DNA of 64,000 bases from Eledone cirrhosa (lineage: Eukaryota). The DNA is taken from positions 16,058,001-16,122,000 of the forward strand of contig OZ024761.1 of NCBI GenBank assembly GCA_964016885.1. Direction: 5' to 3'. Below the pieces are notes generated by a model, which saw only the letters and a list, made by a program, of their open reading frames with translations, made no database searches and was not told the origin of the DNA. Shown piece by piece: positions 38,899-51,405 of the stretch; positions within the stretch are counted from its first letter, which is position 1, and each line of letters begins with the position of its first letter. A program made the position numbers and the translations under genes.

Positions 38899-39016
38899 AT
38901 GGTGGCCTTTAGCTTGTTGAGAATCTCCTCTCGGCAAGGATGCTTGGTATTTCGGCTAAACAAACCAGGCTCTGCTGTACAAACTTTACTAAAAACTCCA
39001 GAAGTGACCACCGCAG
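38899..39016 (+). CDS. NDUFB5: NDUFB5 exon 1 (mitochondrial transit peptide)
   Basis: MVAFSLLRISSRQGCLVFRLNK...; donor cag|gtaaat. Confidence 0.82.
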
Positions 39017-42000
39017 GTAAATATTTACTTTTGTACAATGAAACAGCCATTAACGGTGTGTTTTTTGTCTTATTTATTAACATTAAAAAATACTTATTGA
39101 CCTTGACGTGATGAACGGAAAGTCCTTTCCGGACGAATAAAAACAACAGATTATTTCACTATAAACAGACGTTATTCTTAAATTACATATATAATTGTTG
39201 AGTTCAGATCTAAGATGTTGGTATGGTGTATATATATATTTACATTTTATTTTTCCTCTGGACTTTTAGCATTGCTCAACATAGCTGACTGTTTATTGTT
39301 GCTAATTTTAAGACAGTAGAAGCGGAAAGGACAACCACCAAATTACTTTATTGTGTGAAAGTTATGTAGTTAAAAGTCTGTCCCAAGTACGGAGAGAAAT
39401 TGAATTTACAGCTCGTAACCTATGCAGATTTAACTAGCTTTCATTACGAGTTCAATTTGTTCACTGTTGTATAAATAACATTACAAATATAATGTCTTTG
39501 ATAAACACATATAACAAATACAATCAACTATTGTTAGGGACCTCAAAAAAAAACAACAATGCGCCAAAATATATGACCAGAGCGCGAGAAAGAAGAAAAA
39601 AGGGGGAAACTAAAAAGAAAACGACCATTAATTCACCCCCAAAATGCGACAATCGGTCGCGCATTACAAGGATCAATGGAATATTTTGAGGCAAGTCTCG
39701 CAACATTACGAGGTTATATCTTGAAGGAAGTTCCATGGTGTTTTAATGTCAGGGAACACCTGTTTTACCATTAAAAACAACGTGAAATGAAGCGTCTTGC
39801 ACAAAACACAACGACCGCTCCATGAATCGAACTCAACCTTTATGTCTGTGAGTCGCGATTGATCAGTTCAAAGTAAGATCCCTATCGATCGGGCCTGACT
39901 CTGGAATCAAAAGCTCATCGAACTTCTGTTTGCTTGATGACAATGTTTCGCATACGCGATACGCGCGTCACACCCGAATAAACTTAATGAAAATTTGACA
40001 CCCCGCCGAGGCTAACTTTGCCTTTCATCCTTACGGGGTCGATAAAATAAAGTACTAGTCACGCACAGAGGTCGATTTAATCGACTTTCCCCTCCCCCCA
40101 AATTGCTGGCCTTGCGCCTATATAAGAAACCATTATTAATACATGGACAGGGTGGTGGATTGGCAATATCGGTAGAGAGTCGGTCGCCATGCTTTGACGT
40201 ATAGAGTTACAGCCCTTGCCATTCTGAGTTCAAATCCCGCCAAGGTTAACTTTGCCTTTCATCCTTACGGGGTCGATAAAATAAAGTACCAGTAATGTAC
40301 TGAGTAATTACTGGCCTTGTGCCAATAGTAGAAACAATTATTAATACATGGACGTGTAAAGGACACGGCAAGAAGCACTCGGCCCACACTGTAAAGTGGA
40401 CGTGTAAAAGACACGGCAAAAAGCACCCAATCCCCACACTCATCGAGTGCTCACTTGAAGTGAACCAACAATAACTTGACATTACAATCCCTAAACTATG
40501 TATATATATATCTAGGGCGGGTAAAATTCCCGAGATCGATGGGCTACTTCTCTCCAGCGGTCTCTGTCCCTCATCATTGCTGCCATGTCCTGCGTCTCCA
40601 AGAGACCAGTGTCTGTCCTTAGGGCATCAACATATGTCAACCTCGGTCTCCCTCTTCTAGTGTGTCTGTGTAGGGGCTCCCACAGGAGCACTGAGTGCAG
40701 TGTCAACTCTGGATGTCGGTGAGCATGTCCAGCTAACCTCAGTCTCCTCTGTGCTACCCTCGAGCTGACTTTTGGGAGGCTCCCGTACAGCTCTGAGTTC
40801 TTCATCCTCAGTGTTTACTGATTAATGTTCACAGCCATCCTCAGCATTCTCGTGTAACACCCATCCACCATCTGAGTGAGTTTCACGAAACTATATATAT
40901 ATGTATATAAATAGAGACACAGAAAGCAGACTTTGTTTACAAACAGCTAGCGAATTAGAAAATTAGGTAGTAACGCTGTATTTGACTAAATAGAATTAGT
41001 CTGTTAGTTGGGATTTAAAAAAAACCCATCTGAATGGAAAAAAGGACGAATATTGATGTACATGGGGGTACAAACCCACATCTTTGGTTTGCTGGACCAA
41101 TGTGTTAACCAATGTATAAATATATATATTTATACACATATATATACATATGCACACACATATATATAAAATATTTATATATATATATATACTAGCAGTG
41201 GTACCTGGCGTTGCACGGGATAAGGTATTGTGAAATATATAACCGCCTTAGCTAAGCTTAGTATTGCCACAACCACGGCTAGCAAAGAAGTAAGGTCTGG
41301 TGGTACGTAAGTAAGCAACACTTTGGCTTAAAACATGAGGAAGAAGTTGTTTGGTGAATGAGTGTGAGATTTGTCTTGAGCAAGGGTGGCAAAACAACCG
41401 GAGGCAGCAGACATACAGACAGATATTATAAGGGCGCGTTCTGGACGCAAAGCGAATTGTAGAAAGTGACGTAATACAGACAGCCAGACATAGACATATT
41501 ATAAGGGCGCGACATTATATGTATGTATCTATTTAAAAAGAGAAAGACTAAGAATTATAGAGAGAGAGATCGCCTAATGCGGTCCCTAGGGCATTGAAAA
41601 TTTGAAATTTGTTTTGCTCAGAACACTCCCTGAAACATAAGTATTACATGTGTAAAGTTCGAAAACAGTCGGTTGGGTGGTTCTCTAGTTTTAGGGATTC
41701 AAACTCACACACACACACACAGACAGACATCCTCAGTTTTATATATATCATCATCATCATCATCATCACCGTTTTACGTCCGTTCTTCCAAGCTAGCATG
41801 GGTTAGACGGGTTGTCCTGTTGCGGGCAGTGTCTGGTCGGCTGACCATGCCTTGCTCATACAGGAACTGATTTTGGCTTGATTTCTACAGCTGGATGCCC
41901 TTCCTAACACCAACCTCATTTACAGTGAGTGCTGGGTGCTTTTTTCCGTGGCGCCTACACATCCACTTTACAGTGTGGGCTGGGTGCTTTTTTGCCGTGG

Positions 42001-45000
42001 CACCTCCACAACCACTTTGCAGTGGGAGGAGAGTGTGGTAGCATATTGTCTATATGCTTCAGCTTCGGCTTGTAGCCATGGGAGGTCGGGTACTCTGTAT
42101 ATCATCATCATCATCATCATCATTTAACGTCCATCTTCCATGCTTGCATGGGTTTGGACGGGAATTTTCCCACTTGAGGCAAGATTGGTTGTCTTGCTCA
42201 TATAGGACTGTCTGGCGGGTTTTCTACGGCTGGATGCCCTTCCTAACACCAACCACGTTTACAATGTGGACTGGGAGGTTTTTACCGTGTTACCTACACG
42301 GCCACATTACAGCGTGGACTGTGTGTTTTTTTGTTGTGACACCTACACGCCCTCATGTATATAGTTATATATATATAATTTATATGAAAATATGGGTGAG
42401 AAGAATACTGCTGGTTGCACATGGATAACATGTTATAAAATGAGTCCCTCATCAGTGATTTACCAAACGATCATGGGTATTTCATCGCATTAAAAATCAT
42501 ATACCTCACGTTGGAGCGATAATAACTAAAATAAGTTATTAGGACAATAGAAACGCGTAAAGCGAATGAGACAAGTAAACAACACAGGGGGAAGCTAACC
42601 GAAGATGGAAATAAACACAAGCAACATAGTTATTCTTTCAGCATAAGCTGTGTGAATATATGAACGAGTCAGAAACAGACCTGTCGCTATGAATCCGGTG
42701 TTAGAAAGAATGAAAACCGTTTTCCCAGCGAACGGGAGGAAGAAAGAAGGGGAGAAACAGGGACTGAGTGAGTGGGAGTGCGAGGAAGAGGTCAGTAGAG
42801 AGAAAGAGTTAACTGACATGGCAGAGGGGACGAAAGAAAGTAAGAGAAACAGAGAGAACGAGGGAGCAGTAAGAGAGAAAGAGAGAAACACAGAATTGCA
42901 GTTGGGTAGATATATATATATATAATTTATTTTCTCATTAACCATTTATCTAATTAATAAATCTTCACTTATATTCCTAGTTGTCAGACAGATGTCAGCT
43001 CACAAACATGTCATCCCTATGCAGCCATCAAGATTTGATTGGAATCGATTCCGAAATGATTTAGTAAGTTGACCTTTTGTTGTTTAATAATAATAATAAT
43101 TGTTTCTACTTTAGGCACAAGGCCAGCAATTACCCAGTGCATTACTGGTACTTTATTTTATCGACCACGCAAGGATGAAAGGCAAAGTCAACCTCGGCAG
43201 GATTTGAACTCAGATCGTAAAGGGACGTAACTATGCTGGAAAGCATGGCGTCCGACACTCTACCGATACTGCCAATCCACCTCCCTAAAAATCAATAATA
43301 TAATAATGTGTATTTGTCTGTCACATATGACTGAGGAAGGGGGAGGCGAGAAACTATAATAATAATAATAATGATGATGAAATATTGTGTACAGTGCTCA
43401 GGTGCACTACAACTCATCAAAAAGTGTATGTATAGTACATAGGGTAATGTACAAACGTCAGGAAAATGAACAGTGCATGAGTCATGATATACACGTGTGC
43501 ATGTGTATGGAAAGGGGTACATCAGGTGTAGTTTTGGCGTATTTCGGGAAGCATGAGGGTTTTAAAGGATGCAGTGTCTCGGCAGCTAACAACAGACGCA
43601 GGCAGTTTGTTCCATGGAGGTTTTAAAGGATGCAGTGTCTCGGCAGCTAACAACAGACGCAGGCAGTTTGTTCCATGCTTCAGCAACTCTGAGCGTGAAA
43701 AAATGTTTCCGAAAGTCATGGGAGCTGTGCTGTTTTCTGATTTTGTAGGCATGTCCACATGTGTTAGACACATGGAGATCAAAAAGGTGCTCAGGGTTGT
43801 TGTTGGCGAGATGGTTAATAACTTTGTGGGTGTTTACCAAGTCCATTGCCAGACGACGGAGCTTCAATGAATCCATGCCCAGGGAAGCAAGGCGTTCAGA
43901 GTATGGTAGTTTAGTGAATGTGTAACCTATACATACAGGGTGGTGCAAAAGTCACGCACCAGTAAAATAACACTTTGCTATAAATACCTTCATATTTGTT
44001 ATATTTGTAAGTAGATGTGATAAATGTTCCTGGTGCATGACTTTTGTGCCACCCTGTATGATATATATATATATTGTTGTTTTTTTAGAAACTTATCTCT
44101 GCTTTAGTAGCTTACATAATTTCACATTATGTTGTTGGTGATGGTGGTATTAATGAAGGTGTTGATGGGGAGGGTAATGGTGATGGTTTTGATGGTGAGG
44201 GGAATGGTGATGGTTTTGATAGTCAGGGTAATGGTGTGATGGATTTGATGGTGGTGTTGATGGTCATGATGATGTTGACAATGATGATAGTGATGTTCCT
44301 TTAATATTATTTCTTGTTTTCTATTATTTCACAGCATTACTTTGCCATGCTCGGTGTTGTACCTCTTGGAATCCTCACCCTGTTTGTGAACCTCTTTATA
44401 GGTAAGTAAACTTCTATTATCTAAGCCCATCATCAGGTTTTGAGACTCTTGGGTGGAACTGGGGCCTTCAAAACATTCTACTCAAACACCCTAATTTATA
44501 AAAATTCTAAAACAGAGTTTCAGAATAAAGCATTTCAATGGCGTGGCACCACTTAACCATAATCTCCCATATGTAGTTCCATCTCTTTACAATCTGTGTT
44601 GGAATCTCACTGGTGCTAACGTTGCCTTTCATCCTTTTTGTGGGTCTAATAGAATTAAGGGTTGGCAGGACTCTTTAGGTTTGTTAAAGAGATGGAAGCC
44701 ACTCAAGACTCAAGTGTGAGTGATCTACATGATAAATACACCTATTACGCTCTGTAAAGAGGTTTATGATAGGAAGGGTAACCAGCTGCAGAAAACCCGT
44801 CAAACAATGGGTCCGGACGGACTCTGCAGTTGAGTTAAAAACACGACATCTGTAGTGTTGGTGACACAGTAATTACACCCAGTACACTCTGTAAAATTCT
44901 TGGTGATAGGAAGGGCAGCCAACTATAGGAAACCTGCCATTCAAAGGGTCGAAAGGACTGTTCAGTTGTGTCAGAGATGTAGCAACCTCCCTAGTGTTGG

Positions 45001-48000
45001 TGATCTACATGATGGATGCACCCAGTACACTGTGTGAAGAGGTTGGTGATAGGAAGGGCAACCAGCTGCAGAAAACCTGCCAGGAAGACTCGGCAGCTGT
45101 GTCAAAGACAGGACAACCTCCCTAGAGTTGGTGATCTACATGATAAATGCACTCAATATTCTCGGTAGAATGCGAGAATGTATAACAAGATAACACTGCC
45201 TTGCTTTTAATCATTTCATCTGCTCTAAACAGAAATTTTAGATAAATTTTGTGTGATAGATGAACAGAAAATACAATAGAATCATTATAATTGTTTCAAC
45301 TTTTGGCACAAGGCCAGCAATTATCCCAGTGCATTACTGGTACTTTATTTTATTGACCCCTGTAGGGATGAAAGGCAAAGTTAACCTTGGCGGGATTTGA
45401 ACTCGGGCCGTAACTCTATGCCGCTAAGCATGGCGTCCGACCCTCTACCGATACCGTCAATGATAATATAGCTGAATGCCACTTGATGTTATAATGTTGT
45501 TATTGATGGTGATGTTGTTGATGATGACTGATGTTAATGAATGTCTCCATTGTTCATTTGTTCTCCAGGCAATGCTGAACTTTCTGATATACCAGAAGGA
45601 TATGAACCAGAGGATTGGGAATATTCCAAGGTAAGGATTAGGTGTTGTTTAGCCCTAGGTCAGGCCTTGTCCAGCAAACCTGTATCAGTTAATTAGGTGG
45701 TGGTGGTGGTGGTGGTGGGAGAGATGATAATAGCAGTGGTAATAATTGTTTCTACTTTTGGCACAAGGCCAGCAAATACCCCAGTGTATTACTGGTACTT
45801 TATTTTATCGACCCCGTAAGGATGAAAGGCAAAGTTAACCTCGGCGGGATTTGAACTGGGAATGGCAAGGGCAGTAACTCTACGCGTCAAAGCATGGCGT
45901 CCGACCCTCAACCGATACTGCCAATCCATCGTAATAATGGTGTGGTGTCGGTAGTGGTGATTATAATAGTGATGGTGGTGGTGGTGGTGGTGGTATTGAT
46001 TATAAGTGATGATTATAATAGTGATGGTGGTGGTGGTGGTGATGATTATAATAGTGATGGTGGTGGTGATGATTATAATAGTGATGGTGGTGGTGATGAT
46101 TATAATAGTGATGGTGGTGGTGGTGGTGATGATTATAATAGTGATGGTGGTGGTGGTGGTGATGATTATAATAGTGATGGTGGTGGTGGTGGTGATGATT
46201 ATAATAGTGGTGGTGGTGATGGTGGCAGTGGTGGTGGTGGTGGTGATTATAATAGTGGTGGCAGTGGTGATGATGTGGCAGTGGTGGTGGTGGTGGTGAT
46301 TATAATAGTGGTGGCAGTGGTGATGGTGGCAGTGGTGGTGGTGGTGGTGATTATAATAGTGGTGGCAGTGGTGATGGTGGCAGTGGTGGTGGTGGTGGTG
46401 ATTATAATAGTGGTGGCAGTGGTGATGATGTGGCAGTGGTGGTGGCGGTGATGATTATAATAGTGGTGGCAGTGGTGATGATGTGGCAGTGGTGGTGGCG
46501 GTGATGATTATAATAGTGGTGGCGGTGGTGATGATTATAATAGTGGTGGTGGTGGTGATGATTATAATAGTGGTGGCGGTGGTGATGATTATAATAGTGG
46601 TGGTGGTGGTGATGATTATAATAGTGGTGGTGGTGGTCGTGCTGTAGATGATGGCCATACCAGCTGTGTGGATGATGAGGATGATGGTGATTGTCATACT
46701 GTTGCTTATGAGGATGATGGTGATGATGATGGTCATGCTGTTGATAATGGTCATTGTCATGATGATGATGGTTTTTGTCTATTTTATTAGTTGTGTTTTT
46801 GTATTTGTATTTCCAGTCACCAATTACGCAGTTCTTGTGCAGACGTCTTTACGAGCCGATGCAGATGTCATATGAGAAGAAATTGCACCATCTAAATACA
46901 AACAATGAGCGTCGCAAGCAAAAGTAAGTTGTTGTTGTTGCTGTTGCTGTTGTTGTTTAACCCCAGGTCTTTCATGACCCAAACAGACCTATGATCAGAA
47001 GTCTCCAGTTATTATAGTTGTTGTTGTTTAATCCTAGGTCTTACATGACCCAAGCAGACCTATGATCAGAAGTCTTCTGTTATTTAGCCCTAGGTCTTAC
47101 ATGACCCAAGCAGACCTATGATCAGAAGTCTTTGTTTATTATAGTTGTTTTTGTTTAACCTAAGGTCGTTCATGACCTAAACAGATCTATGATCAGAAGT
47201 CTCCAGTTATTGTTGTTGTTTAACCCCAGGTCTTTCATGACCTAAACAGATCTATGATCAGAAGTCTTCTGTTGTTTAACCCCAGGTCTTTCGTGACCCA
47301 AACAGACCTATGATCAGAAGCCTTCTGTTATTTAGCCCTAGGTCTTTCATGACCTAAACAGACCTATGATCAGAAGTCTCCAGTTATTGTTGTTGTTGTT
47401 TAACCCCAGGTCTTTCACGACCCAAACAGACCTATGATCAGAAATCTTCAGTTAGTTGTTTTTGTTGTTGATTTTTATTTTATTTAGACCTAGGTCTTTC
47501 ATAAACTGTGTTTATACCATGACTATCACTTGTTTCTTCAGGCAGTGTGCATCTAGGATTGTATTTAACTTGTTGGTTTTCAGAGACCCAGTACACTTTG
47601 TAAAGTGTTACTAAGATACACCCAGTACACTTTGTAAAGTGTTACTACTTAAGCTGCAATAACATACACCCAGTACACTTTGTAAAGTATTACTACTTAA
47701 GCTGCAATAAAATACACCCAGTACATTTTGTAAAGTATTACTACTTAAGCTACAATAAAATACACCCAGTACACTTTGTAAAGAATTACTACTTAAGCTG
47801 CAATAAAATACACCCAGTACACTTTGTAAAGTGTTACTACTTAAGCTGCAATAAAATGCACCCAGTACACTTTGTAAAGTATTACTACTTCAGCTGCAAT
47901 AAAATACACCCAGTACACTTTGTAAAGTATTACTACTTAAGCTGCAATAACATACACCCAGTACACTTTGTAAAGTATTACTACTTAAGCTGCAATAACA

Positions 48001-50055
48001 TACACCCAGTACACTTTGTAAAGTGTTACTACTTAAGCTGCAATAAGATACACCCAGTACACTTTGTAAAGTATTACTACTTAAGCTGCAATAAAATACA
48101 CCCAGTACACTTTGTAAAGTATTACTACTTAAGCTGCAATAAGATACACCCAGTACACTTTGTAAAGTATTACTACTTAAGCTGCAATAAGATACACCCA
48201 GTACACTTTGTAAAGTATTACTACTTAAGCTGCAATAACATACACCCAGTACACTTTGTAAAGTGTTACTACTTAAGCTGCAATAAGATACACCCAGTAC
48301 ACTTTGTAAAGTATTACTACTTAAGCTGCAATAACATACACCCAGTACACTTTGTAAAGTATTACTACTTAAGCTGCAATAACATACACCCAGTACACTT
48401 TGTAAAGTGTTACTACTTAAGCTGCAATAAGATACACCCAGTACACTTTGTAAAGTATTACTACTTAAGCTGCAATAACATACACCCAGTACACTTTGTA
48501 AAGTATTACTACTTCAGCTGCAATAAAATACACCCAGTACACTTTGTAAAGTATTACTACTTAAGCTGCAATAACATACACCCAGTACACTTTGTAAAGT
48601 ATTACTACTTAAGCTGCAATAACATACACCCAGTACACTTTGTAAAGTATTACTACTTAAGCTGCAATAAGATACACCCAGTACACTTTGTAAAGTATTA
48701 CTACTTCAGCTGCAATAAAATACACCCAGTACACTTTGTAAAGTATTACTACTTAAGCTGCAATAACATACACCCAGTACACTTTGTAAAGTGTTACTAC
48801 TTAAGCTGCAATAAGATACACCCAGTACACTTTGTAAAGTATTACTACTTAAGCTGCAATAAAATACACCCAGTACACTTTGTAAAGTATTACTACTTCA
48901 GCTGCAATAAAATACACCCAGTACACTTTGTAAAGTGTTACTACTTCAGCTGCAATAACATACACCCAGTACACTTTGTAAAGTATTACTACTTAAGCTG
49001 CAATAACATACACCCAGTACACTTTGTAAAGTGTTACTACTTCAGCTGCAATAAAATACACCCAGTACACTTTGTAAAGTATTACTACTTAAGCTGCAAT
49101 AACATACACCCAGTACACTTTGTAAAGTGTTACTACTTAAGCTGCAATAAGATACACCCAGTACACTTTGTAAAGTATTACTACTTAAGCTGCAATAAAA
49201 TACACCCAGTACACTTTGTAAAGTATTACTACTTAAGCTGCAATAAAATGCACCCAGTACACTCTGTAGAGTGGTTGTGCTTAAGACGCAATAAAATAAA
49301 CCTAAAGGGTTAATGAAAGTAATGCATGATGATGATGATGGAAGTGATGGTGGTTGTATTGGTGATGATGATGGTGGTGGTGATACAATGGTTATGATGG
49401 CAACGATGATGATGATGCTGATGTTAGTGATGGAGATGATGATGATAATGATGGCAGTGATGATGATGATGATGATGGTGGTGGTTTTGGTTTTGGAGAT
49501 GACGGTTTTGGTTATGGAGATGATGATGGTGGTGGTGATGTTGGTAATGATGATGATGGTGGTGATGTTGGTAATGATGATGATGGTGGTGGTTTTGGTT
49601 ATGGAGATGACGGTGGTGGTTTTGTGGTGGTTTTGGTTATGGAGATGATGATGGTGGTAATGATGATGATGGTGGTGATGTTGGTAATGATGATGATAGT
49701 GGTGGTTTTGGTTATGGAGATGATGATGGTGGTGGTTTTGATCATGGAGAAGATGATGATGGTCGTGTTGGTAACGGTGATGATTATGGTGGTGGCAGTG
49801 GCGGTATTGGTAATAATGATGGAGATGATGATGATGATAGTGGTGTTGGTAATGATGATGATGATAATTCTTATGATGATGATGATGATGACGACGGTGT
49901 GTTTCTCTTTTAGGATGTTGGAAAGTAAAGTGACGGATGCGATGTCCACTAATATGGATTACATGGGATGGTACTATGTCCCAGTAAGTAAATCTTACGT
50001 GGATAAAGGCAAGGAGTTTGCCACAGATGGTGCTAGAAGCTGTGGACAAGAATAA
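38899..50055 (+). CDS. NDUFB5: NADH:ubiquinone oxidoreductase subunit B5 (SGDH), 6 coding exons
   Basis: Exons 38899-39016, 42981-43063, 44335-44401, 45569-45630, 46817-46923, 49914-50055 are in phase. Basic transit peptide, PSRF.W, TM helix followed by VNLFIG.AEL..IPEGY.PE.WEY.K.PIT, C-terminal D..GWYY. Confidence 0.92.
40512..40880 (-). mobile_element. RTE/RTE-X LINE 3' fragment
   Basis: YTRMLRMA...NSELYG.LP.VS.RV..RRLRLAGH..RHPE...LLWEP...RRGRP..TY.D.L. Confidence 0.85.
41192..41748 (-). mobile_element. Non-autonomous Helitron-like element
   Basis: Minus strand begins TATATAAAACTGAGGATGTCTGTCTG and ends with hairpin CCCGTGCAACGCCAGG then CTAG followed by T. Confidence 0.7.
42981..43063 (+). 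CDS. NDUFB5: NDUFB5 exon 2
   Basis: VRQMSAHKHVIPMQPSRFDWNRFRNDL. Confidence 0.9.
43375..43920 (-). mobile_element. CR1-type LINE 3' fragment with an internal ~60-bp duplication
   Basis: LPYSERLASLGMDSLKLRRLAMDLV...[19 protein letters not shown]. Confidence 0.88.
43936..44056. mobile_element. Tc1/mariner MITE
   Basis: TA|CAGGGTGGTGCAAAAGTCACGCACCAG ... CTGGTGCATGACTTTTGTGCCACCCTG|TA. Confidence 0.9.
44335..44401 (+). CDS. NDUFB5: NDUFB5 exon 3 (TM helix)
   Basis: HYFAMLGVVPLGILTLFVNLFI. Confidence 0.93.
45569..45630 (+). CDS. NDUFB5: NDUFB5 exon 4
   Basis: GNAELSDIPEGYEPEDWEYSK. Confidence 0.95.
45940..46770. repeat. (GGT/GAT)-rich minisatellite, GATGATTATAATAGTG(GTG)n
   Basis: Low-complexity tandem units; overlapping ORFs are artefacts. 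Confidence 0.9.
46817..46923 (+). CDS. NDUFB5: NDUFB5 exon 5
   Basis: SPITQFLCRRLYEPMQMSYEKKLHHL. Confidence 0.92.
46955..47500 (+). repeat. About 55-65-bp tandem repeat (about 9 copies)
   Basis: TTTAACCCCAGGTCTTTCATGACCCAAACAGACCTATGATCAGAAGTC; related single copies at 45648 (+) and 26750 (-). Confidence 0.88.
47585..49270 (+). repeat. 48-bp satellite, about 35 near-identical copies, SINE-derived
   Basis: ACACCCAGTACACTTTGTAAAGTATTACTACTTAAGCTGCAATAAAAT; grades into SINE sequence CACCCAGTACACTCTGTAGAGTGGTTG at its end. Confidence 0.95.
49320..49895. repeat. (GAT/GGT)n low-complexity tract
   Basis: Trinucleotide mosaic up to the NDUFB5 exon 6 acceptor. Confidence 0.9.
49914..50055 (+). CDS. 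NDUFB5: NDUFB5 exon 6 (last)
   Basis: MLESKVTDAMSTNMDYMGWYYVP...GQE*; AATAAA at about 50243. Confidence 0.9.
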
Positions 50056-50787
50056 TTTTAAAACACATTTCAAAAGAACTCTTATTTATCGCACCAGATT
50101 GTTGTTGACTTGCTTTGGAATTTTCTAAGAAAGCCAAACTTCAAACGAAGTTGAGGGGGAAAAAAGAGGGAGTCTTTTTTCTCTCTCTGTCTCTCTCTCT
50201 TTTATTTTTGGTTTTCAGAAAATTCTTAGAAATATAATTTTTAATAAATATAAATAGAATTATAAAGCCTGTTCCCCATTGCGTTTTTTTTTGTTTTTTT
50301 TTTTTGTTTTTTTTCTTTTCCAGCCAAATTGTGAGATATTTTTCTCAACATTAGCTTCAAGTTTCATCATCATCATCATCATAACTGTTTTTCCCTGCTA
50401 GCAAGGATTTGAAGGACCACCATAGACCAACTCTATGTGTATGTGCTCCAAGCACTACCACTTTGCAGTGTGTATTTTATCATGGCACCAACACTACCAC
50501 TTTGCAGAGTTTCTTGAAACCTTCAGTAATGAAATAATTATATTCTGCTGTTTATTATGTAATTAAATAGCTCTGTACTATACATAGAGCACTCTTCCTT
50601 CCTTTACTTTTTCTACGGAAATACTTAACACACACAATAGGATTTTGTACACCTGCTTGTTTGAAAAATCTCCCAAGGAAGTATGAAACAGCATTTTGTA
50701 CTGTTTTTTTTTTAAATAATAAATTACTGTATTTTTAGTTGTTTTAACTTCTCCACCTGCCTTTTCCCAGTTTTTAACGATATTTTT

Positions 50788-50825
<38 letters not shown>

Positions 50826-50828
<3 letters not shown>

Positions 50829-51405
50829 AAAGAGTTAAACAAGATTCAATGAGTATATCAAAGAATGAGTTTTACAGTAGATTGGAAGCACTCTACAGAA
50901 AATAATTTTCCAGAGTTATTAATATTAAAATACAAATATTAATAAAATAGATGTTCTTTTGATCAATTAAATTTTATTATACATATTTCAGAGGTACAAC
51001 AGTACGTCCTCATCAGACAAAATATGATACATGACATACCCTGAGATATTAAATGGTTAAGATTTAATCAAGGTACTACCTTGATTAAATCTTAACCATT
51101 TAACATCTCAGGGTATGTCATGTATCATTATATTTTGTCGGACGCCATACTTTCCAGCATAGTTACGTCCCTTTACGATCTGTGTTCAAATCCCACCGAG
51201 GTTGACTTTGCCTTTCATCCTTACGGGGTCGATAAAATAAAGTACCAGCTAATATAAAGCACTGGGTAATTGCTGGCCTTGTGCCTAAAGTAGAAACAAT
51301 TATATTTTGTCTGATGAAGACGTACTGTTGTACCTCTGAAATATGTATAATAAAATTTAATTGATCAAAAGAACATCTATTTTATTAATATTTGTATTTT
51401 AATAT
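50826..51405. mobile_element. Long palindromic Penelope-like element with a hammerhead in each arm, interrupted by a family A SINE
   Basis: Arms of about 154 bp centred on 51076; SINE 51140-51298 with TSD ATTATATTTTGTC. Confidence 0.8.
51304..51356 (+). ncRNA. Putative minimal type I hammerhead ribozyme (mirror copy at 50971-51023 on minus)
   Basis: ATTTTGT-CTGATGA-AGACGTAC TGTT GTACCTCT-GAAAT ATGT ATA-ATAAAAT: stem I 7 bp, stem II 7 of 8 bp, 2-bp stem III, AUA cleavage triplet. Confidence 0.65.

Noticed and set aside
46955-47500. CRISPR-like repeat with variable spacers
   Set aside because: The variable parts are only (GTT/ATT)n slippage tails of a tandemly duplicated repeat end.
47585-49270. 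CRISPR array or 485-aa repeat protein
   Set aside because: Units are contiguous with no unique spacers, there are no cas genes, and it lies in a eukaryotic intron. The ORF follows from a stop-free 48-nt unit.
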